DNA of 11,859 nucleotides from Bdellovibrionota bacterium (lineage in GTDB: Bacteria; Bdellovibrionota_C; UBA2361), in NCBI GenBank assembly GCA_044352465.1, contig JBILDU010000089.1, positions 1-11,859 on the forward strand, read 5' to 3'. The translations under genes and the position numbers were made by a program. The notes below the pieces were generated by a model. It was not told where the DNA came from. It was given only the letters and a program-made list of their open reading frames with translations, and searched no databases. Each line of letters opens with the position of its first letter. Position 1 is the first letter of the stretch. Below, piece by piece: positions 1 through 7,246 of the stretch.

Positions 1-200
1 AAAGTACAATCGCCGGAGACCCCCTGAACAAACTGCTGGTGTTCATCGATTAACTCCTCTCGTACGAGGAGCTGGTGCGCTAAGGGGATATCGTAGATCG
101 TTTGAAATCCAAGCTCTGCACATTTTTGGCGTACCGGATCTGGGATGCTCGAATACACGCTGATATCAATGTTTGGTGGGGCAATAAGTACCTTTATCAT
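1..200 (-). CDS. Hypothetical protein, partial (N-terminal 66 aa; runs off the left edge)
   Basis: ATG at 200-198 overlaps the TGA of the CmcI gene (ATGA overlap). The frame is open to base 1: MIKVLIAPPNIDISVYSSIPDPVRQKCAELGFQTIYDIPLAHQLLVREELIDEHQQFVQGVSGDCT. Not in the supplied ORF track; translated by hand. Confidence 0.7.
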   Translation of the reverse strand, partial: MIKVLIAPPNIDISVYSSIPDPVRQKCAELGFQTIYDIPLAHQLLVREELIDEHQQFVQGVSGDCT

Positions 201-1060
201 CGGATCCTCTTTAAGTAACCAAGGGGATTCAGGCTCAGAATGTAACGTTCAGCCCAGCGTCTATCAGGTTCAAATTCGGGATGAGATGCAAGAAACTCTC
301 GAGCGGCTGCCTGTGGCCCCTCATTAGGTACGGGATGAAAAGCCATTACGTCGTTCATAGAATCTTCAGCAACGAGGTAGGAGCCAACAGGCACGAGCTG
401 TGAATAGAGCTCAAGTTCCTTTAAAACATGACTCCTTTCGTGGTCGGAATCAGCGATGACGACAACCTTCTTCCCGCGCACCATGCCCTCAATCTCCCCA
501 AAGATTGCTGGGTCGACGCTGCTACCCTCAAACAACCGAATTCGGGGGTGCGAGAGCCCCTTTGCTTTCTCGAGAGTCACATCCACGCCGATAAGTTCAC
601 CGTGTCCGATGAGGTCGAGCATACTGGCAAAAAATCGAGAGCCCCCCCCAAAAAGTACACCAAGCTCTATGACGTAGTCGGGACGGAGAGATGAAAGAAT
701 CTCTTGATAGATCCAACAATCATTCGGAGATTTGACTATGGGATGTCCGAGCCAAAGCTGCTGACTCTCTGGTATCCCATAGCGATATCCCTGATGGAGA
801 AAGTAGAAATGATAGTCCATATACTCTTCAAGAGTCATGTCGCGGAGACGCTCGAGATTCGAGTCCTTTGAGGTGAGCGCCGCGATGGCTTTGAGGTGGG
901 GGTTGTAGAGGAGTAGCTTTGGGTGCACTCGAGCATCAAGGCAGAACTGATGCCGTGCTCGCGGAGAATCCTCGATATCTTTTTCCAGCAGAAATTTCGT
1001 GTACTGCTTGGCGATGTCTTGGTCGAGCGGGGAACGCTTCGCGAAATAGCCTTCACTCAT
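197..1060 (-). CDS. CmcI (cephalosporin hydroxylase) family SAM-dependent methyltransferase, probable sugar O-methyltransferase
   Basis: Family-typical blocks WLGHPIVKSPNDCWIYQEIL, RPDYVIELGVLFGGG, IGVD, FEGSSVD, VIADSDH..HVLKELELYSQLVPVGSYLVAED, GPQAA, NPLGYLKR. ATGA-coupled at both ends. Confidence 0.88.
   Translation of the reverse strand: MSEGYFAKRSPLDQDIAKQYTKFLLEKDIEDSPRARHQFCLDARVHPKLLLYNPHLKAIAALTSKDSNLERLRDMTLEEYMDYHFYFLHQGYRYGIPESQQLWLGHPIVKSPNDCWIYQEILSSLRPDYVIELGVLFGGGSRFFASMLDLIGHGELIGVDVTLEKAKGLSHPRIRLFEGSSVDPAIFGEIEGMVRGKKVVVIADSDHERSHVLKELELYSQLVPVGSYLVAEDSMNDVMAFHPVPNEGPQAAAREFLASHPEFEPDRRWAERYILSLNPLGYLKRIR
642..649 (-). repeat. G8 homopolymer on the coding strand of the CmcI gene
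   Basis: gcccccccca at 641-650; encodes the GGG of ELGVLFGGGS. Confidence 0.9.
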
Positions 1061-1944
1061 AGATTTCGGAGAGTCTTAAATAAAGTAGTCAAATGCGATT
1101 TGAGGTCGAATGTCTCCCGAGGTTCCGGCTCTCGCGACCGATAGTCAAGAGGTTTGATGGTGGGCTCATTCACTGCTGGCTCCGGTTTGAGGACTCGTGC
1201 CTCGATACCCGTCATTTCTTTGTAAGTCGTAACCACAAGATCTGCGAATGCAGCCACAGTCATGCAATCCTCTCCCCGCGGATTTATAATCCGATGTCGC
1301 TCTGTGGAATGGAGAAAAGCTCTTATGTAGCCGCCGAGGCGGGTTGAGCTGACAAATGAGCGATACTGCAAGCCAGAACTCTTCAGCACTATTTGACCTG
1401 ACTCGACTACTGCTTGTGGAAATGAGAACGGGATCAGGCTCCACCGTTTGAAAGAGTGTGGCTCATGTAGATTGCCGAAGACTGCCGCAGGGCGGAGAAT
1501 GAGAAGACGGACGTCGTATTTCTTCGCTAAGAACGTCACGATTGCCTCGGTCATCGTATGGCAGAGCGCATAAAATGATCTCGGGTTCGTCGGCGAGTCC
1601 TCGTCGATAATTCCCTCAGTTGTTCCGTAGACGTGCTGGGTACTGATGTACACGAGTTCGCGGAGGCCTCTCTGGCATGCTACCTCAATGAGGTTGAAAG
1701 CTCCCGTAGTGGAATGCTGAAGCGCACGGGGCGCATCCTGAGCAAGCTCATCGGTAACTCCGGCGGCATGAATGAGAGTCGTGACTTTGTGCGGAAGTCC
1801 CCGCTCAAGTGCCGAGCGATCTTGAATGTCGACGGAAGGGAAAGTCGTTCGAGACAGCGGAATCACCCTGAAGTCATCGGTGAGGACCCTGGTGATGCCC
1901 GAGCCGAGAAGGCCGTTACCGCCAATAAGAACGACTTCGGTCAT
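1057..1944 (-). CDS. NAD(P)-dependent epimerase/dehydratase family (extended SDR) with non-canonical YxxxH
   Basis: GGNGLLG Rossmann motif, HAAG, YISTQHVYG, PRSFYALCHTMTE, LRPAAVFG, SSGLQYRSFV. Lies directly downstream of rmlC. Confidence 0.85.
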   Translation of the reverse strand: MTEVVLIGGNGLLGSGITRVLTDDFRVIPLSRTTFPSVDIQDRSALERGLPHKVTTLIHAAGVTDELAQDAPRALQHSTTGAFNLIEVACQRGLRELVYISTQHVYGTTEGIIDEDSPTNPRSFYALCHTMTEAIVTFLAKKYDVRLLILRPAAVFGNLHEPHSFKRWSLIPFSFPQAVVESGQIVLKSSGLQYRSFVSSTRLGGYIRAFLHSTERHRIINPRGEDCMTVAAFADLVVTTYKEMTGIEARVLKPEPAVNEPTIKPLDYRSREPEPRETFDLKSHLTTLFKTLRNL

Positions 1945-1946
1945 AC

Positions 1947-2498
1947 TTAAAATAGAAAGGGGGATTTCAAATCGCGCAAAAACGGCTGTTTCATGTCCTT
2001 CTCGGAAAGAATCGGCGCTGCAGTTGGCCAGGGTATCTCAAGGCTGGGGTCATTCCATCTTAGACCTCCCTCTGCGGTCGGCGTGTAATATGAGTCGACT
2101 TTGTAGATGATGACCACGTCACGAGAGAGGGTGCAAAAGCCATGTGCACAGCCGCGCGGAATCCACAGCTGGAGTAAGTTGTCCTCACTCAGCTCGATGG
2201 CTTCAAATTTGCCATAGGTGGGCGAGCCCACACGTAAATCAACAAAGACATCAAGTAGGGTGCCCTTAGCGACGCGGATGAGTTTCGTCTCGGCGTGGGG
2301 AGGGGCTTGAAAGTGCAGTCCTCGGATTGTGTGTTTTTCGAGGGATCGAGATTGATTTTCCTGAACGAAGGTTGTTGCAAGACCGGCCTTGGCGAGGATG
2401 CCATCGTCAAAGGTACGCATGAAATAGCCCCGATCGTCACGGCGTGGCTCGCCATGAATGAGGAATGAGCCAGGGATAGTCAGAGGTTCAATTCGCAT
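1947..2498 (-). CDS. rfbC: dTDP-4-dehydrorhamnose 3,5-epimerase (RmlC/RfbC)
   Basis: DDRGYF, FVQENQSRS, TIRGLHFQ, KLIRV..G...DVFVDLRVGSPTYGK, LWIPRGCAHGFCTLS, YKVDSYY, WNDP...IPWP, LSEKD. 183 aa, with a GAGGGGG SD-like sequence upstream. Confidence 0.96.
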   Translation of the reverse strand: MRIEPLTIPGSFLIHGEPRRDDRGYFMRTFDDGILAKAGLATTFVQENQSRSLEKHTIRGLHFQAPPHAETKLIRVAKGTLLDVFVDLRVGSPTYGKFEAIELSEDNLLQLWIPRGCAHGFCTLSRDVVIIYKVDSYYTPTAEGGLRWNDPSLEIPWPTAAPILSEKDMKQPFLRDLKSPFLF

Positions 2499-2500
2499 AA

Positions 2501-3505
2501 CTACCCCCTCACAATCGTAGCTATTGGGTTAAACTCGCCGAAGAATGGGCTCGCCCCCCCCACCAGCGATGCCATATCGAGACGTGGATCGTATGGTGGA
2601 GGCTCATAGGTCCGCTCAGTCCCTGAATACCCCTGAATGACCAATCGATTTCCTCCACGGACCGCGAGATATTCAGCAAAATACGTATAAAATATTTTGT
2701 GAACTGTTGCCTGGCGTTCGGTGTCAGTGCCGCGAAGCTCAGATTCAAGGGCGTCAGCCAACACTTTGCGCAAGCGAAGAAAGCCGTCAGAGAACCGCGG
2801 AGTGGTCAGCCACAGGAGCGGGTCCGTCAGTTGAGCTGAGTCCGAGGCGACGTGAACCTGGCGAGCCATGTAAAAGACTTCAAGGCACTTTGATTTTCCT
2901 TTGGCTATCGCCAGAAAGGAGGGAATAAGCTCTCGAAATTCCATGTCGGTATTCACGCTTGCCGCCCAGATTTCTTTCATGATTGAGAGACGGTGTACCG
3001 AGTAGAATGTGGTCCGATAGACGCACGAGTGACTGCGGAGTCTTTCCAATCCGGACGGCGACTCCTGGGACATCTGCGGATAGGCGTACACTTCGGTAAT
3101 AGCTCCGGTGCATGGATTCGCTCCGCTCAAACGGAAACTCACCGCGAGCCCATGAGCAAGAGTATAATCAGGATGAGCTGCCAAGAAGTCAGTGCAACTT
3201 TCGATGCTACGAGGAACGATAAAGTCATCATCTGCCAAGAGGGTGCAGTACTCAGTATTTACCCATTCGAGCGAGGCAACTACCTTTTCCGGGAAGTCAA
3301 GTGCTGGAGGAAAGTGGATCACCGCCAAGTTGAGTGAACGCTCGACTTCGTCGAGGACACCCTGGACCTCATGGCGGAATTCAGAATCGCTGGAGTCTGT
3401 CACGAGAATCGGGAGAGTGCAGTGAACACTTGCCAAGTAGCGGAGCGCCCGGTGCAAAAATTGCGGCCTATTTCGAGTGGGAAGAACTATCGTTGCTTTG
3501 CTCAT
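2501..3505 (-). CDS. GT2-like (GT-A fold) glycosyltransferase, resembling the TIGR00180-annotated family
   Basis: N-terminal TIVLPTRNRPQFLHRALRY, ILVTDSS, TEYCTLLADDDF (DxD), FLAAHPDYTLAHG, FYSVHR. ATGA overlap with the carbamoyltransferase. Confidence 0.85.
   Translation of the reverse strand: MSKATIVLPTRNRPQFLHRALRYLASVHCTLPILVTDSSDSEFRHEVQGVLDEVERSLNLAVIHFPPALDFPEKVVASLEWVNTEYCTLLADDDFIVPRSIESCTDFLAAHPDYTLAHGLAVSFRLSGANPCTGAITEVYAYPQMSQESPSGLERLRSHSCVYRTTFYSVHRLSIMKEIWAASVNTDMEFRELIPSFLAIAKGKSKCLEVFYMARQVHVASDSAQLTDPLLWLTTPRFSDGFLRLRKVLADALESELRGTDTERQATVHKIFYTYFAEYLAVRGGNRLVIQGYSGTERTYEPPPYDPRLDMASLVGGASPFFGEFNPIATIVRG
2554..2561 (-). repeat. G8 homopolymer on the coding strand of the glycosyltransferase
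   Basis: tcgcccccccca at 2551-2562; encodes VGGA near the C-terminus. Confidence 0.9.
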
Positions 3506-5091
3506 CCGGCTGACCTTTTCATGAGAAGATAATCTCCGAGAAGTAGTGCGTCGATCGCAGTTCCCTCGACGCAGCGTATTGCATCCTCCGGTGTTTCTAC
3601 GATCGGTTCGCCGGCAACGTTGAAAGATGTGTTCAGGAGAACCGGAACCCCGGTATGTTTTTTAAATGCGGCTATAATATCGTAAAAACGTGAATTGTAC
3701 TTCCGCGACACAGTCTGGAGGCGGCCGGTCCCGTCGACGTGTGTCACCGCCGGAATCACGCCCTGCTTGCTTGGGTGGATATCCGCCACCATAAGCATAT
3801 ACGGATTCTCCCGATCGAAAACGAAATACTCCGAGGTAAATTCCGCTAAAATTGCGGGAGCGAAGGGTCGGAACGCTTCTCTGAACTTGACTCGAGCGTT
3901 AAGGATATCTTTATTTTCCGGTCGCAGGGGGCTCATTAAAATACTTCGGTTGCCTAACGCCCGGGGCCCCATTTCAGAGCGGCCTTGAAAGTTTGCCACG
4001 ATTTTATTCTCGGCCAATAGCTTCGTGGCAACCTCAAGCGCGCTATGTTCGAGGACTTCGAATCGGTCAGTTCCGGCGATTGCTCTGCGTAAGTCGGCTT
4101 CTGAGTAGGAGGGCCCCAGATACGGCGTAATCCATTCATACGTTTTAGGTTGCTGTAGGATGTGGTGGTACCCGAGTAATGCGCAACCCAGAGGGATGCC
4201 CGTATCGGAGGCGGCGGGATTGATGAAAATATCTTTAAATAGCCCTGACTGGAGAAGAGCGTAGTTGGCAACGCTATTTAACGCGACGCCCCCTGATAAG
4301 CATAAATAGTCTGCCCCCGTCCTCTCCTTTGCGTAGCGGGCGAGATGTAACATCGCTCGCTCGCATTCCTCTTGGACTTCAAACGCATAGCGTGCCTTGT
4401 CCTCAAAGCTCGTCGGTTTCAGATGTAATCCCCTGAGAGCATAGCCATCTTCAATACAGAGAGAGTCGTAGTCAGTCTCAACTCCTGAGTAGCTTCCCGG
4501 ATAGGTGATGAAGCGTTTATTGACTGATTCGCCGTAGGGCGCGAGCCCCATGGCTTTGCCCTCCTGCAGCAGCCCAAAGTCGATGTGCTGGGTTATGGCG
4601 GCATACAACAGCCCGATTCCAATTTTTTTGGTACTCTCAACCAGAGTAATGCCAGCGGGGGATGCATGAAAGAGGCTCTGAGTTTCCTTTTCGGATCCGC
4701 GGCCATCAACAACTAAAACAGCGGCTTCGGAATATGGCGAGCTGTAGTAGACGCAGGCTGCGTGCGCAAGGTGATGGTTCACGACGTGGATCTTTCGCGG
4801 GTCAATCGAGTCAAGGAACGTACCCGAGAGGGGCAACTTCTTGTGAAAGTCCCCCTGCCAATCACGCGTAACGATATAATCGAGGACGATAAGATCGAGC
4901 TCATCAAAGGAGCTAATCCCGACCTCTTGCATACAGGCTCGAGCTGAAGACAGGGGGAAATTCCGGGAATCTTTTATTCGGTCAAGCCGCTCCTCCGCTA
5001 GGTTCGCAAAGTGGGGTATCCCCCCCCTCACGGAGATGGCCGCTGCGCCGGTGTTATGCCACGGATCACGATGAAGACCGAGAATGTTCAT
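3502..5091 (-). CDS. O-carbamoyltransferase, NodU/CmcH/TobZ family
   Basis: EERLDRIK, HHLAHAAC, VVDGRG, EGKAMGLAPYG, LSGGVALNSVAN, PAASDTG, GRSEMGPRALGNRSIL, VKFREAFRPFAP, HVDGTGRLQTV, LLNTSFNVAGEPIVETPEDA. Confidence 0.95.
   Translation of the reverse strand: MNILGLHRDPWHNTGAAAISVRGGIPHFANLAEERLDRIKDSRNFPLSSARACMQEVGISSFDELDLIVLDYIVTRDWQGDFHKKLPLSGTFLDSIDPRKIHVVNHHLAHAACVYYSSPYSEAAVLVVDGRGSEKETQSLFHASPAGITLVESTKKIGIGLLYAAITQHIDFGLLQEGKAMGLAPYGESVNKRFITYPGSYSGVETDYDSLCIEDGYALRGLHLKPTSFEDKARYAFEVQEECERAMLHLARYAKERTGADYLCLSGGVALNSVANYALLQSGLFKDIFINPAASDTGIPLGCALLGYHHILQQPKTYEWITPYLGPSYSEADLRRAIAGTDRFEVLEHSALEVATKLLAENKIVANFQGRSEMGPRALGNRSILMSPLRPENKDILNARVKFREAFRPFAPAILAEFTSEYFVFDRENPYMLMVADIHPSKQGVIPAVTHVDGTGRLQTVSRKYNSRFYDIIAAFKKHTGVPVLLNTSFNVAGEPIVETPEDAIRCVEGTAIDALLLGDYLLMKRSAG
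5020..5027 (-). repeat. G8 homopolymer on the coding strand of the carbamoyltransferase
   Basis: tatcccccccctca at 5017-5030; encodes RGG at codons 22-24. Confidence 0.9.
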
Positions 5092-5192
5092 AGCTTCGGA
5101 TTATGCCACACGTGCTGGACCCTCCAAAACCATAAAACAGGGGTCGGTAATGCCAGTGGCGAAGGTCAGCCATTCCTATTAGGATTTCCAGT
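5092..5192. promoter_or_regulatory. Divergent intergenic region presumed to hold the promoters of both arms
   Basis: 101 bp between two head-to-head start codons. AGGA SD-like element at 5181-5184, 8 nt before the GTG at 5193. No clear -35/-10 pair identified. Confidence 0.5.
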
Positions 5193-6311
5193 GTGGATAC
5201 CAAAATCGACCCAGCTGTCCTCAATGATTACGCAAACTCGATGTTTCGCTTTGAGCAGCTGAATGAACCCTGGTTGGCCGCGTGTACTCATTATTGTCAA
5301 AAGATATTTGGAAATTCGCTCCACGATAAGGTTGTCCTCGATTACGCGTTTGGTCGGGGCAATTGGTCGGTAGCCCTTCTTCGAGCGGGGGCGAAGAAAG
5401 TGTATGCTGTCGATGCGTCAATCGATAATGTCGATCGGTTTCGTCGGTATCTTCAGCGCCAACAGCTGACCGATGCGATAGAGCCGATCCATGGCAATCT
5501 GGTTGAGGCTCCCTTGGATCTTCGGTGTGATGTTTTTTGGCTTTACGGGATTTTGCATCACATCCCTCAGGTCGACCAATTTCTGCATAAACTAAAGGAT
5601 CTACGCAGTGGGCCAACATGTCTCGTTTATGCCTACTATTATCCTGACAATACGCCCCGGGCGTGTACCGTAAAGCTTGCGCGGCGACTTTTCACCTATG
5701 ATTCAGAGAGGTCATTTCGCGAGGATGAAGCGCTCTATTTGAGAGCAGCTCGTATTCGTGCGCGTGATGACTTAGTGGCGCCCCATGTCGATTTCCTCTC
5801 GGCGCATGATTTTGGAGCGCTTCTGGGAAAAGTTGGTGTTGAATTGGTTAGGCAAGACGAGGATTTTTTTTCATTCCAGCAACAGCGCAGGAATATCGAG
5901 TTTATTCCTCATCAGTTTTTCGGGGTTTGGAATGAATCGCCCGCACCATTTAAGACACACGAGCCCATTGTTTTAAATGCTCTGGACCTGTGTTTGATTG
6001 ACGAGCTGGGTCGAGCTGCGGAGTCCCAAGCCCGTTCCAGTGAACAAAAGCGAAAAATGGCTATCGGTCTATTCAATACTCATTTCGGAGCTTGTGGATC
6101 GTGTCATACGACAGAGGGAGTTCTTTTTGAGACCGCTCTTTACTTGGGGAACCTCCTTTTGGGGCATTGCGCAAAGGAGGGCACGTTCCTCGCCGACTTT
6201 CTAGCGTTGCTGCGTCTTCGATTGAGCGGAGAGTCGGTGCTTGATCTCGATAAAAAATATAGAGAATCCAGTATGTTCAAGATGCTGATGGCATGTCCGG
6301 TCCGTTTGTAG
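5193..6311 (+). CDS. Class I SAM-dependent methyltransferase with an uncharacterised C-terminal extension
   Basis: KVVLDYAFGRGNWS (motif I variant), KKVYAVDAS (post-I acidic residue), DVFWLYGILHHI. GTG start with AGGA SD. Confidence 0.8.
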   Translation: MDTKIDPAVLNDYANSMFRFEQLNEPWLAACTHYCQKIFGNSLHDKVVLDYAFGRGNWSVALLRAGAKKVYAVDASIDNVDRFRRYLQRQQLTDAIEPIHGNLVEAPLDLRCDVFWLYGILHHIPQVDQFLHKLKDLRSGPTCLVYAYYYPDNTPRACTVKLARRLFTYDSERSFREDEALYLRAARIRARDDLVAPHVDFLSAHDFGALLGKVGVELVRQDEDFFSFQQQRRNIEFIPHQFFGVWNESPAPFKTHEPIVLNALDLCLIDELGRAAESQARSSEQKRKMAIGLFNTHFGACGSCHTTEGVLFETALYLGNLLLGHCAKEGTFLADFLALLRLRLSGESVLDLDKKYRESSMFKMLMACPVRL

Positions 6312-6364
6312 AGCGAACCACCGGTTCCGCGCATCTATAGAGGGTATAAATTTCGAGAACTATC

Positions 6365-7240
6365 ATGAACCTACCTACTCGAGAGCAGCTGACAATCCCG
6401 TTTTCGGATCTGTCCTCCAGGAACCAACCGCACTTGGAGAAAGCTCAAACTCTTCTTCGAGAATATGGGTGCTTTATTGCTCGTGGACTGCTCTCGGAAA
6501 GAGAGATCGCTCTGATACAAGACGAACTTAGCCGTCTCATCGATCTTCGTTATCGGGCCCGGGGAGAGCGGCGGCCGTCTGGGGATCGTTTCGATGTGGG
6601 CATCATGGACCTCGTCTCGAAAGATAGAGCTGAGGGAGCATTCATTTATAACGCCTGTCGTCAGCTCATGAGTATACATGCGCTCGACGTGAAGCCTGAA
6701 CTCGTTGAGTTGTCCAAGGCGTTGATTCGAACTGATTTTGTATGCGCTTCAAATGTCAAGATGATGCGGATGGATCTCCCGCATGAGGCGAAGTTTCTCT
6801 ATCCGTGGCATCAGGATTTCCCCTATGTGCAAGATTCGGAGGATGCTCTCGTCTACTGGTTCACCATCCACGATCTTGTCGGGGATAACGGTGGCCTTGT
6901 CTGTGCCCTCGGCTCTCACCGTGAAGGAGTTCTCCCAGTTGTCGTTCCGGATGCTGACAACCAGAGTAAGAATCGTGCGCACTCAATCGCTTTGGCCGAT
7001 CCGTCGGTGCCAGATAAATTCCCTCAGTTTGATCTCAGGTATTTAGCGGTTGGTGAGGTCCTCGTGTTCAACACGCTCCTCCTCCATCGCAGTATCGAAA
7101 ACACGAGCACCCAGCCGCGTTGGTCGGTGCAGCTCCGCCATGGTAATTTTAGTAATGAAAGAATTGTGAAAAAGGGATGGCCGGGTGGAAATAGCTTGAC
7201 GGCGTCGTTCTCGAAAACCCATCCGGAGTATGTTCGCTAA
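6365..7240 (+). CDS. Phytanoyl-CoA dioxygenase (PhyH) family Fe(II)/2-oxoglutarate dioxygenase
   Basis: EYGCFIARGLLS, PWHQDFPY (HxD), NGGLVCALGSH, GEVLVFNTLLLHRS (distal His), PRWS (2OG-binding Arg). Confidence 0.9.
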   Translation: MNLPTREQLTIPFSDLSSRNQPHLEKAQTLLREYGCFIARGLLSEREIALIQDELSRLIDLRYRARGERRPSGDRFDVGIMDLVSKDRAEGAFIYNACRQLMSIHALDVKPELVELSKALIRTDFVCASNVKMMRMDLPHEAKFLYPWHQDFPYVQDSEDALVYWFTIHDLVGDNGGLVCALGSHREGVLPVVVPDADNQSKNRAHSIALADPSVPDKFPQFDLRYLAVGEVLVFNTLLLHRSIENTSTQPRWSVQLRHGNFSNERIVKKGWPGGNSLTASFSKTHPEYVR

Positions 7241-7246
7241 AAAATC

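Noticed and set aside
5138..5152. CAGGGGTCGGTAATG resembles the ops/JUMPstart element (CAGGGGCGGTAG)
   Set aside because: It needs an insertion and a substitution in the core GGCGGTAG, the rest of JUMPstart is missing, and nothing shows the host uses RfaH.
5864..5871. T8 run in the methyltransferase (also A7/T7 runs at 4623, 8173 and 9256)
   Set aside because: A/T runs of this length are readily explained by Phe/Lys codons and are weaker phase-variation signals; all frames are intact.
6313..6330. Small hairpin GCGAACC-ACC-GGTTCCGC after the methyltransferase stop, with TATAAAT nearby
   Set aside because: Short bulged stem without a U-tract, and no matching -35 element; insufficient to call a terminator or promoter.
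197..7240. Cephamycin/beta-lactam biosynthetic cluster (CmcH-like, CmcI-like and dioxygenase genes together)
   Set aside because: No ACV synthetase or isopenicillin N synthase in the window. The neighbours are NDP-sugar enzymes and GTs, and these families are common in glycan loci.
2501..7240. Phage-type DNA base hypermodification system (dioxygenase, carbamoyltransferase, GT, methyltransferase)
   Set aside because: The dioxygenase is PhyH-type rather than TET/JBP-like, the methyltransferase lacks DNA methyltransferase catalytic motifs, and no phage or nucleotide-metabolism genes are present.
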